Of a stretch of DNA of 39,694 nucleotides, positions 9,724 to 18,363 are shown one piece after another. The first letter of the stretch is position 1. Each line of letters opens with the position of its first letter. The translations under genes were made by a program, and so were the position numbers. The notes below the pieces were generated by a model, which saw only the letters and a program-made list of their open reading frames with translations, searched no databases and was not told where the DNA came from. The DNA lies in the NCBI GenBank assembly GCA_022790905.1, contig JAAVYC010000033.1, positions 1 through 39,694 on the forward strand. The letters run 5' to 3'. This DNA comes from Lachnospiraceae bacterium. Lineage in GTDB: Bacteria; Bacillota; Clostridia; Lachnospirales; Lachnospiraceae.

Positions 9724-9750
9724 ACTATATGGAAAATATGGAGTGATTAT
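9724..9750 (-). promoter_or_regulatory. sigE-type promoter for yqfC-yqfD
   Basis: gaATA-N16-CATATAGT on the minus strand. yqfCD is sigE-dependent in B. subtilis. Confidence 0.6.
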
Positions 9751-11054
9751 TCGCGGATAATGTGTTTCACCATCGGAGCTTTTTGAATTTTTTCCTCTAC
9801 AATCTCGTAAGCCCTTTGAATCCTTTCATATACGATCTCTGTTTTTTCTTTGTCGTTAGAGTGAATATAAGCTAAAATCTCCCCCTTTTTTACAATATCG
9901 CCGGTCTTCTTTTCCAATACTACGCCTACAGCCGGATCAATCTGATCCTCTTTTGTCTCTCTGCCTCCGCCTAAAGTCATGCAGGCAAGTCCGATCTCCT
10001 GTGCAAAAATCCGCTTGATATAGCCTGCTTCTTTTGCTGCCACCGGAATAACATGACATGCTTTTGGAAGAAGCTGTGCATTTTTGACCTGTTCTTTTTT
10101 TCCACCCTGGTTTAAAATGAATTCTTCAAATTTTTGAAATGCTTTTCCCTGCGCAATGGATTCCCTGAGCAGCTCTTCTGCAATCTTTTCATTCTCTGCC
10201 CTGCCTGCTAACAATAACATCTCTTTTCCGAGTGCAAAGACTACTTCCATCAAATCTTTGGGTCCATTCCCCTGTAAGGCTTCCATCGCTTCTTTGACCT
10301 CTAGTGCATTTCCAATGGCATTCCCAAGAGGTTCGTCCATATCGGTAATCATCGCCGTCGTCCTCTTGCCAGCACGATTCCCGATGTCAACCATCGCTTT
10401 TGCAAGTGCCAGCGCATCCTCTTCTTTTTGCATAAAAGCGCCGTTTCCCGTCTTGACATCTAGAACAATCGCATCGGCACCGGAGGCGAGTTTTTTACTC
10501 ATAATACTTCCGGCAATCAAAGACATCTCATCCACAGTCGCCGTGACATCTCTGAGCGCATAGAGTTTTTTATCGGCAGGCGCTAAATTCGCCGTCTGCC
10601 CTGCAATCGCAATCTTGATGGAGTTCACACTTTCGATAAATTTTGTCTCCTCTATTTCTGTGGAAAACCCGTCAAAAGACTCCAATTTATCAATGGTTCC
10701 GCCTGTATGTCCAAGTCCCCTTCCGCTCATCTTTGCCACGGGAACTCCCAATGAGGCAATGAGCGGAGCTAAGATCAAAGATACTTTATCCCCGACTCCT
10801 CCCGTACTGTGTTTATCTACTTTCATTCCCTCAATCTCACTTAAATCTAAAACATCTCCGCTGTCACGCATAGCGAGGGTCAAGTCTAGCGTTTCCCTTT
10901 TATTCATGCCGCGAAAACAGATTGCCATCGCCATGGCAGACATCTGGTAATCTGGAATCGCCCCCTCGCTGTAACCTTTGATCATAAAATTGATTTCTTC
11001 TGTTGTCAGTTCCCGTCCCTCTTTTTTCGCTAAAATCAAATCACACATCCGCAT
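9747..11054 (-). CDS. pdp: Pyrimidine-nucleoside phosphorylase
   Basis: VDKHSTGGVGDK, KMSGRGLGHTGGTIDKLES, APADKKLYALRDVTATV, SIMSKKLA. Confidence 0.95.
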   Translation of the reverse strand: MRMCDLILAKKEGRELTTEEINFMIKGYSEGAIPDYQMSAMAMAICFRGMNKRETLDLTLAMRDSGDVLDLSEIEGMKVDKHSTGGVGDKVSLILAPLIASLGVPVAKMSGRGLGHTGGTIDKLESFDGFSTEIEETKFIESVNSIKIAIAGQTANLAPADKKLYALRDVTATVDEMSLIAGSIMSKKLASGADAIVLDVKTGNGAFMQKEEDALALAKAMVDIGNRAGKRTTAMITDMDEPLGNAIGNALEVKEAMEALQGNGPKDLMEVVFALGKEMLLLAGRAENEKIAEELLRESIAQGKAFQKFEEFILNQGGKKEQVKNAQLLPKACHVIPVAAKEAGYIKRIFAQEIGLACMTLGGGRETKEDQIDPAVGVVLEKKTGDIVKKGEILAYIHSNDKEKTEIVYERIQRAYEIVEEKIQKAPMVKHIIRE

Positions 11055-11067
11055 AAACTCACCTCTT

Positions 11068-13818
11068 TTAACCTTTACGATACATTTTCCAAATTTTATT
11101 TTTTTTATACCTTCTTACGATTTGTTTCCAGGACTTTGCCCCGATTACTTTCAAATATTTTTTCGTATATTTTTCAAATTTTTTCGTATCCATGTAACGA
11201 AATACTTGGAACGCTTTTTTGCCTGCAATTCCCATACTAAGCCCTTGAGCTACTTCTACGGGATGATCCGCATAGCTGCGGATGATAAACGCATCCACCA
11301 TTGGATCACATGCCGCAATGTAGTAACTATAGGCAAGCGCTGCCGCCTGAATTTTTTCTCCGCTATTCGATGAATATCCCTGCTCCGATAGGATCACCCG
11401 AACAGAGGAACCATAAGTATCTCGGATATAATCGGTCAGTACATGCAGATTTTCCATGGTGACATACGGCGTACTCCTTTCATGGCTGATCCCATATCCA
11501 TTCCAGACGCTTGTGTTCGTCAGCGGATAGGAATAGGCGTGATATGCCAGATTCCATTTGATTCCCTTTTGCAATCTTTTCAACTCTTTTTGAAATCTGT
11601 CAATGGAATATTTTGCGCTATATCCGTTTTCAGAGGTATTCCAACAAGAATCTGTACAGATGAATACTTTAGCATTAGAGTACTGACTCCTCACTGCATA
11701 GTACAGACTTCGGAAAGCAATCGCATAATTTCTAAAATAAGACGTTGTCGACATACTCCCTTTATAATTCCATCCGATTGGATTGTTGATCTCATTCCCA
11801 AGTATCCAGTTCGATACATAGCAGCTTTTCTTCCCGAAAATTTCTCCCAGATAACAGAAGATAGCTTCCATTTTCTCTCTGGCCCCATTATTAGATGCAT
11901 TCCAGGCATAAAACTGTGCTGCACCTGGAATTCTCGCCTTTTCTGCAATGAGATCTGTATTTCTCCACGTCCAGTCCAATAAAATCTGCACCGATACATT
12001 GATCTTTTTTCGATTGCATTCTGAAATAATCTTTTTATATTGACTCATCGTACTGAAATAGTAAGTCTTTCCATTATATTTATACGGAATACTTCCATTA
12101 CATACCATGGACGTCGTGATATTCAAAAATGTATTTTTTGCACTGCATTTTTGAATTTCTTTCATATTGCTGGAAAACTGAATCCCTTTTTTTGTCTTTC
12201 CGAGTCGGTATTTCGATTTATTTTTAGCCGCCCGCTCCGGATTTTTAATATAGGCATAATTGCTGATAAGCCGATATTTTCCACCTTTTTTAACTGCAAT
12301 CCGGTAACTGCCGATCGCATAACCTTGATTTTCAGAAGTCTTTAGTGAAAAGGAAAGTTTTTTCTTTTTGTAAGATCTAGCTGCCATCTTATACGGCTGT
12401 TTGGTGTTTGGTTTCACATAGACTAGATAATAATAGTCATCAGAACTTGCAATCCTTTTCTTTACCGTTGCTTTTACCTTTATTTTTCCAGTTCCCGTGG
12501 CATTACAATAAGTAATTTTTGCCGAGTTCGATTTCGCCTTTGTCGCACAGCGCACCCATTTTGCATAGACTTTAATATTTCCACTCTTCCCCTGCTTGAT
12601 GACATCCACTCTCTTTTTATACTTTTTGTCCTGATACCATCCGTCAAAATCATATCCTTTTTTCGTCGGCTTTGGAAGCGTAAAAGTCTTAGTCGCTATC
12701 GTATAAGTGTCTTTATAAGATTTTTTGAATGTTCCGCCCTTTTTATCATAAGTAATTTTGTATTTAATCGCTTTCCATTTTGCATAAAGGGTAACAATCT
12801 TATTCTTTTTTGTAGTCAGTTTTGTCACAATTCCTGCATTTTGATAAGTCGTTCCAGTCCCATCCGCTTTTGTATTCCAGCCTGCAAATGTGTATCCTTT
12901 TTTCCGATAATTTCCGGCATTTAAGCGGCTAGGCGTTCCATAGATATGACTGCTATTTCTCACACTCCCGCTGTTAGCCCCATTCCCATTGTATCTCACC
13001 TGATAGGGAACACCTGTCCACATCGCATATAGTTTGACTACTTTTCCATCCTGATCGGTCAAAGACTTGACACTCTGCTTATTTTTGTAGGCGGTTCCAG
13101 TCCCGTCTTTTTTTGTATTCCAGCCCGTGAACGTATAACCGCTTCTTTTATAGGCATTCGCAAGTAGTTTTTGAGATTTTCCATAGACAAACGCTTGCTC
13201 TTTCATACTTCCTTTGCCGCCGTTCGCATAAAAACGGACTTTATAGTTACCAAGACGCCAGAAAGCTTTTAATGTAAGCACATCCTCATTTTGGACAGAG
13301 AGATTTTCTACCACCGTGCCATCGGCGTATGTCTTACTCCCATTCAGTACCCAGCCCTCAAATACATATCCTCTTTTAGAAAACCGATTTTTGTTCAAGG
13401 CCGCTGGTCTGTCGTATGTAAACATCTGATCTTCCATATGCCCTGTTCCACCGTTTCCATCAAAGCGGATTTTATAGGTAATCGGAATCCAAAAAGCCCG
13501 CAGAGTAATATCTTCTTTTACCGGCGATGAAAAATCATAATCGACACCGTTTACTCTCCATCCTCCAAAAAGATAACCTTCCTTTTTCGGAGTCCCAAGC
13601 AATGCCTCTTCTATGAACTCTCCCTCTTTTACTCGATTAGACGAAACGGCTGTTCCATTATCGGCATCGAAAGTCACAGTGTAATAGATTTCTTCTTCTG
13701 TTTCGCTGTCTAACCCTGTTTCCCGTTCTACATCGGTTGCATAGATTATCTCCGATTCTGTTGTAAAAAGTAAAAGAAATGCTAATACCAGCGCCACAAT
13801 ACGTTTCCATTTTTCCAT
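11068..13818 (-). CDS. Secreted protein with five InlB B-repeats (Flg_new) and a C-terminal DUF5722-like, clan GH-A-like TIM barrel
   Basis: Signal peptide; five repeats of Y.V.FD.NGG...K.GY.F.GW...LYA.W; C-terminal KKGIQ...WILGNEIN...AYHAYSYP...VILSEQGY. Confidence 0.75.
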   Translation of the reverse strand: MEKWKRIVALVLAFLLLFTTESEIIYATDVERETGLDSETEEEIYYTVTFDADNGTAVSSNRVKEGEFIEEALLGTPKKEGYLFGGWRVNGVDYDFSSPVKEDITLRAFWIPITYKIRFDGNGGTGHMEDQMFTYDRPAALNKNRFSKRGYVFEGWVLNGSKTYADGTVVENLSVQNEDVLTLKAFWRLGNYKVRFYANGGKGSMKEQAFVYGKSQKLLANAYKRSGYTFTGWNTKKDGTGTAYKNKQSVKSLTDQDGKVVKLYAMWTGVPYQVRYNGNGANSGSVRNSSHIYGTPSRLNAGNYRKKGYTFAGWNTKADGTGTTYQNAGIVTKLTTKKNKIVTLYAKWKAIKYKITYDKKGGTFKKSYKDTYTIATKTFTLPKPTKKGYDFDGWYQDKKYKKRVDVIKQGKSGNIKVYAKWVRCATKAKSNSAKITYCNATGTGKIKVKATVKKRIASSDDYYYLVYVKPNTKQPYKMAARSYKKKKLSFSLKTSENQGYAIGSYRIAVKKGGKYRLISNYAYIKNPERAAKNKSKYRLGKTKKGIQFSSNMKEIQKCSAKNTFLNITTSMVCNGSIPYKYNGKTYYFSTMSQYKKIISECNRKKINVSVQILLDWTWRNTDLIAEKARIPGAAQFYAWNASNNGAREKMEAIFCYLGEIFGKKSCYVSNWILGNEINNPIGWNYKGSMSTTSYFRNYAIAFRSLYYAVRSQYSNAKVFICTDSCWNTSENGYSAKYSIDRFQKELKRLQKGIKWNLAYHAYSYPLTNTSVWNGYGISHERSTPYVTMENLHVLTDYIRDTYGSSVRVILSEQGYSSNSGEKIQAAALAYSYYIAACDPMVDAFIIRSYADHPVEVAQGLSMGIAGKKAFQVFRYMDTKKFEKYTKKYLKVIGAKSWKQIVRRYKKNKIWKMYRKG
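12555..13686 (-). repeat. Five tandem InlB B-repeat units inside the 916-aa CDS
   Basis: Units begin YYTVTFDADNG, YKIRFDGNGG, YKVRFYANGG, YQVRYNGNGA, YKITYDKKGG; each contains GYxFxGW and ends in a conserved Trp. Boundaries approximate. Confidence 0.8.
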
Positions 13819-14028
13819 TTCTACACCTCTCCTATTTTGCCTGCCTATGATGGATTTTTATAATATGCCCAAATGCATAAGATTGCTAACTATTATATTT
13901 TATTGGTTTTAATAGTTTCATACTTATAAAATAAAGGTAAGGCAGAACATTTTCATATGCTCGGCCTTTTCTCACAGATCAATTTTTTTAATTTGGGGAT
14001 TTTCTCTTTTGACTTTTTTTACAGTTTT

Positions 14029-14057
14029 ATTATACACATTCCTCCGATAAATTACAA
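14029..14057 (-). promoter_or_regulatory. sigmaA promoter pointing toward the InlB-repeat gene
   Basis: TTGTAA-N17-TATAAT on the minus strand, about 200 nt upstream of the ATG at 13818. Confidence 0.5.
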
Positions 14058-14222
14058 TAAGTCAAAAAATTGTGTTTTTCTTAATATTTAATTCAGACAG
14101 TTTTTTCATTGTGGAACTAAAAATTCTATGCTATTATTATGTAAAAATTATGTATAATAGGGTTTTTTTAGTTTTACTACAAAAAGATTCCAAAAATACA
14201 AAGACAGAAAAGGAGAATACTT

Positions 14223-15860
14223 ATGAAGGAAAAGATTTCTTTCTCAAAACGCGTGATGCGCACAGTAACAATTTTTCTATTTTTGTTCCTGATTTCCTTA
14301 TTAGGCAATATTCCAGGAACAACGGTACGGGCAGCGGGCCAGCAGTCAAAGATTGACAATCCTACGTACACATTGACATCTACTAAGGGCACCGCCGTTT
14401 CCACAAAAGCCAACCCAAATGAGACTACCGTTCTGATATTCGGTCATACCGGATGCGGTTACACGAGATCTACGCTAAACAGTATTTCTTCCTGTGACTG
14501 GGTAAAGCGTTCTGATATCCGTGTTATTTTTGTGGATACCAAGTTTCACACCCAAGAAGAGGTATTGGCATATGAAGAGGGCTATCAATGTCCGGATATG
14601 ATCTTTTGTCATGACGAAGACGGTGATAACTTCATCGTTATGGCTGAATATGCACGGCTATTCGGCATAAGTCGTAGCAGCTATCCTACAACTGTTCTGA
14701 TTGATAAGAATAACAAATTACAGAATTGTATGACAGGTGCAAAGACGGCGAATGAGATTTTAACAGAAATCGAAAAATTTACTGAAATCGACGGGGGCGG
14801 AAGCACTCAACCTCCTTCTTCGCCTGATACTGATATTGAGAATTTTGCATACGGATTAAAAACCATAGACAACACAACGGTTTCCACAAAGGCAAATCCC
14901 AATGAGACTACTGTTTTGATTTTTGGTTCTACCGACTGTGGCTATACAAAAGCTACTTTACAAGACATTGATAAAAGCAATTGGGTTGGCCGTTCGGATA
15001 TTCGGGTTATGTTTGCAGATTCACATAGCGCTACTTTATCTGAGACTGCAGCATTTGCAAAAAATTATTCTAGCAAAGAAATAATCTTTTGCCACGATCA
15101 GTCCAATTTGAATTATAAATTTGCATTATCTTACCTAGCCCTTGACAACAAGGCTTGCGGAACCTTCCCTTACATCATATTGATTGATAAAAATAATAAG
15201 GTTCGAAATATTTCCTTGGGCTTTCAGACGGCAGATGAGATTATCGCAGAGATAAACAAATTTATGGAAAGCTCAGATAGTTCCGATCCAGAACCGACTC
15301 CTACGCCAGGTATTTCCAATGTTTCCGGGCTCAAAGCATCTTCTTCTACCAAAAGTGTAAAGCTGACTTGGAAAAAAGTCTCCAAAGCAAAAGGTTATAT
15401 GATCTATCAATATAACAGTTCCAAGAAAACTTGGGTTAAGAAGAAAACTTTGAAGACAAATACGACTTCTTATACTATCAAAGATCTAGCCCCAGGCACT
15501 TCTTACCGTTTTGCAGTAAAAGCATATATTCAAACCAATGGGAAACAGGTGAACAGCAAATCATATACTTCCCTGTATACAGCTACAAAACCAAATGCCG
15601 TTCGTTTTAAGGTCACAGCTGGAAGGAAAAAAGCAACAGTAAAATGGAATAAAGTAAAAGGTGCTACCGGTTACACAGTTTACTATAAAACCAGTGCAAA
15701 AGGTTCTTGGAAAAAATTAAAGACTACCAAAAGTACCAGCTACACCAAAAAGAAACTGAAATCACGCAAAACTTATATCTTTACTGTTAAGGCATACAAA
15801 ACCTATAAGGGAAAAACTTATACCAGCAGTTTTAGTTCCAAAAAAGTAAAAATCAAATAA
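14223..15860 (+). CDS. Secreted protein with two thioredoxin-fold (redoxin/TlpA-like) domains and Lys-rich fibronectin type III domains
   Basis: Signal peptide; duplicated VSTKANPNETTVLIFG..CGYT...YP/FP..LIDKNNK domain; Pro/Ser linker; two FN3-like units (VKLTWKKVSKAKGY, VKWNKVKGATGY). SD AAGGAG. Confidence 0.8.
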   Translation: MKEKISFSKRVMRTVTIFLFLFLISLLGNIPGTTVRAAGQQSKIDNPTYTLTSTKGTAVSTKANPNETTVLIFGHTGCGYTRSTLNSISSCDWVKRSDIRVIFVDTKFHTQEEVLAYEEGYQCPDMIFCHDEDGDNFIVMAEYARLFGISRSSYPTTVLIDKNNKLQNCMTGAKTANEILTEIEKFTEIDGGGSTQPPSSPDTDIENFAYGLKTIDNTTVSTKANPNETTVLIFGSTDCGYTKATLQDIDKSNWVGRSDIRVMFADSHSATLSETAAFAKNYSSKEIIFCHDQSNLNYKFALSYLALDNKACGTFPYIILIDKNNKVRNISLGFQTADEIIAEINKFMESSDSSDPEPTPTPGISNVSGLKASSSTKSVKLTWKKVSKAKGYMIYQYNSSKKTWVKKKTLKTNTTSYTIKDLAPGTSYRFAVKAYIQTNGKQVNSKSYTSLYTATKPNAVRFKVTAGRKKATVKWNKVKGATGYTVYYKTSAKGSWKKLKTTKSTSYTKKKLKSRKTYIFTVKAYKTYKGKTYTSSFSSKKVKIK

Positions 15861-15867
15861 CCATTTT

Positions 15868-15923
15868 AAAAGGCTGTCACAACGAAATCTTAAAAAAGAT
15901 TTCTCTAATGTGACAGCCTTTTT
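15868..15923. terminator. Bidirectional intrinsic terminator between the convergent redoxin-FN3 gene and rlmH
   Basis: AAAAGGCTGTCACA...TGTGACAGCCTTTTT perfect 14-bp stem with inner GAAATCTT/AAGATTTC stem. Confidence 0.85.
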
Positions 15924-15932
15924 ATAGCTTTC

Positions 15933-16412
15933 TTATTTGTGATATGGCTCTTTCTTTTGAATCCGATAACTTCGATAAATCTGTTCTAACAAGATCACCC
16001 TCATCAGCTGATGTGGAAATGTCATTTTAGAAAAACTCAATTGCTCATCTGCCCTTTGCAGCACAATCTCTGAGAGTCCCAGTGAACCGCCTATTATAAA
16101 TACCAGGTGACTTTTCCCGTGAAGCGCAATTCGTTCCAGGTGTTTTGACAGTTCTACGGAATCTAGCATCTTCCCCTGTATCGCAAGCGCTATCACATAA
16201 TCCATATCTTTTATTTTCGAGAGAAGTCGTTCTCCCTCTCTCTTTTTGATCTGCTCTTCCAATGCCGAGCTCGCGCCCTCCACTGTCTTCTCATCCGCAA
16301 CTTCAAGTATATCGATTCTGCAATATCTGCTCAAACGTTTCCGATATTCCTCGATTGCTTCCCGATAAAATTTTTCCTTTATTTTTCCCACACATAAAAT
16401 TGTAATTTTCAT
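15933..16412 (-). CDS. rlmH: 23S rRNA (pseudouridine1915-N3)-methyltransferase RlmH
   Basis: MKITILCVGKIKEK...FIIGGSLGL...LSFSKMTFPHQLMRVILLEQIYRS...EPYHK; 159 aa from the ATG at 16412. Confidence 0.95.
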   Translation of the reverse strand: MKITILCVGKIKEKFYREAIEEYRKRLSRYCRIDILEVADEKTVEGASSALEEQIKKREGERLLSKIKDMDYVIALAIQGKMLDSVELSKHLERIALHGKSHLVFIIGGSLGLSEIVLQRADEQLSFSKMTFPHQLMRVILLEQIYRSYRIQKKEPYHK

Positions 16413-16419
16413 AAACGTT

Positions 16420-17508
16420 TTATGGCATATAAATATAATTATATTTTTGAATCCCACTGGTCTGTCCATTTTCATTGACCAGAATAATAGAGAGCACATT
16501 ATTTCCCTGTATCATTTCAAAAGGGCCTGTATAACGGCTCGCATTTGCATTCGGTGTGCTGTTCCAGGCATAATATGCCCGACAGTTCTCCGGTACATCT
16601 ATCGTAATCTGAGTCGCCTGTATATAAGTGCCACTCTCAGGCGTCGCCGTAGGAAGATCTGGTATATTCAACTGTATCGTATAGTTTTGCGTTACTTTTG
16701 AACTGAAAATACCGCGCTTATCAACACAGATGGCATTCACTTCTATTTCCCCTTCTTCTTCTAAAGAAAATGGTTCCTCATAGAGAATCCCTCCAGCCTT
16801 CGGATTACTTCCGTCTAACGTATAATAAATAGTAAGACCATTTTCTGCACTCAGAGTGATATCTGGATACTCATCATAAGTTCCGCCCTTTGGCTCAATT
16901 TTTGGAGTCTCTACCATATAATCCGCAAATAATTTTTTAATCTCTTTCTTTTTAACTTTAGAATAGAGTTTTGTAATCGAAGGATAATCTCTGTCCGCCT
17001 CATAAACCTCGATTAAGAGTCTACAGATCTCTATGTTACTATTCGATATAGAAAAAGCATACTCTAAATATTCTTTTGCCGTCCCTATCTCTCCCTTTTC
17101 GAGATAACATTTTCCCAATATGATATGAGCCTTTATCCCCCCGGCATTTCTTTTTAATGCCTTTTTCGCATACATAGCCGCTTTGTCATATTCCTTTTTT
17201 CCATAGGATCTCTCCGCCTTTTTTACTTGTCCATCGTAAGACTGATCCTGTACGAAAAAAAGACCGATAAGAAAAATAATCGTTGCCGTTAGCGCAGCAA
17301 TCACAAGCCCCAGATAGATTCTTTTCTTTTTTTTCTCCGAAGACTCCTCTTTTTTCCGTATCGATTTCTTTTTTCCTCCCTCTTGAAGCAAAAATTTCAA
17401 ATAGTCTTCTTCTAAGTTATAATCTGGAACCATCTGCGCCGCTTCCCCGCAGACAGAACAGTAGACACATCCTGCTTTGAGTTTTGCACCACACTTTTTA
17501 CATCTCAT
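16420..17508 (-). CDS. Zinc-ribbon / TM / TPR / chitobiase-beta-hexosaminidase C-terminal (FN3-associated) domain protein
   Basis: CKKC...CSVC zinc ribbon, single TM, TPR-like helices (YDKAAMYAKKAL, AHIILGKCY), IYYTLDGSNP...YEEPF plus a second similar unit. Confidence 0.75.
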   Translation of the reverse strand: MRCKKCGAKLKAGCVYCSVCGEAAQMVPDYNLEEDYLKFLLQEGGKKKSIRKKEESSEKKKKRIYLGLVIAALTATIIFLIGLFFVQDQSYDGQVKKAERSYGKKEYDKAAMYAKKALKRNAGGIKAHIILGKCYLEKGEIGTAKEYLEYAFSISNSNIEICRLLIEVYEADRDYPSITKLYSKVKKKEIKKLFADYMVETPKIEPKGGTYDEYPDITLSAENGLTIYYTLDGSNPKAGGILYEEPFSLEEEGEIEVNAICVDKRGIFSSKVTQNYTIQLNIPDLPTATPESGTYIQATQITIDVPENCRAYYAWNSTPNANASRYTGPFEMIQGNNVLSIILVNENGQTSGIQKYNYIYMP

Positions 17509-17514
17509 GGCGTC

Positions 17515-18354
17515 TTACCTCTTCATCGATTCCACACAATTTTTCATCAGCATCGCAATTGTCATCGGTCCGACCCCTCCCGGTACCGGAGTGATTTTAG
17601 ATACATGCGGCTCCACTTTCTCAAAATCCACATCTCCACAGAGTTTGTTGTTTTCATCTCTGTGAATTCCCACATCAATGACAACCGCTCCCTCTTTCAC
17701 ATAGGAATCATCGACAAACCCAGGTTTTCCAACCGCTGCGATCAAGATATCCGCCATTTTACAGATTTCCTTTAAATTCACGGTTTTAGAATGTGTGATC
17801 GTTACAGTTGCATTTTCCCGTAACATCAAAAGCGCCATTGGTTTCCCAACGATATTGCTTCTTCCTATTACGACACAATGTTTTCCCTCAATCTCGACGC
17901 CGGAACGCTTTAAAAGCTGTATAATTCCAGCAGGTGTACAGGATAAAAATCCCGTCTCCCCAATCGTCATTGCCCCTACACTCTGCGGATGGAAACCATC
18001 TACATCCTTTTTTGGAGAAATTTCTCGGATCAAATTATCCTCATTGATATGCCGCGGAACAGGCAATTGCACTAAAATCCCGCAGATATCACTTCTCTCA
18101 TTGAGTTCCCTGATGATCCTTAAAAGTTCTGATTCCGGCGTCTCCTCCGGCAATTCATAAGAAATAGATCCGATTCCGATATATTCACAGGCTTTCTTTT
18201 TGTTATTGACATATACCGTAGAAGCTGCGTCATTTCCAACCTGAATCACAGCGAGGCTTCCCTCGATTCCTTTTTCTTTTAGTTCTGCTACTTCTTTTTT
18301 CAATTCCTCTTTGATCTCTTTGGAAATCGCTTTTCCATCAATTAATTTTGCCAT
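17515..18354 (-). CDS. folD: Methylenetetrahydrofolate dehydrogenase/cyclohydrolase
   Basis: GILVQLP, KDVDGFHP, CTPAGI, GRSNIVGKP, ITPVPGGVGPMTIAML. Confidence 0.96.
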   Translation of the reverse strand: MAKLIDGKAISKEIKEELKKEVAELKEKGIEGSLAVIQVGNDAASTVYVNNKKKACEYIGIGSISYELPEETPESELLRIIRELNERSDICGILVQLPVPRHINEDNLIREISPKKDVDGFHPQSVGAMTIGETGFLSCTPAGIIQLLKRSGVEIEGKHCVVIGRSNIVGKPMALLMLRENATVTITHSKTVNLKEICKMADILIAAVGKPGFVDDSYVKEGAVVIDVGIHRDENNKLCGDVDFEKVEPHVSKITPVPGGVGPMTIAMLMKNCVESMKR

Positions 18355-18363
18355 GACACCCTC

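Noticed and set aside
15933-15950. rlmH 3' end GAGCCATATCACAAATAA resembles the SCCmec attB core
   Set aside because: Explained by the conserved ExYHK-stop coding sequence; no second copy or recombinase was seen in the window.
15933-16499. 188-aa N-terminally extended RlmH from the ORF track
   Set aside because: The extension overlaps the upstream gene; homology starts at MKITIL (16412).
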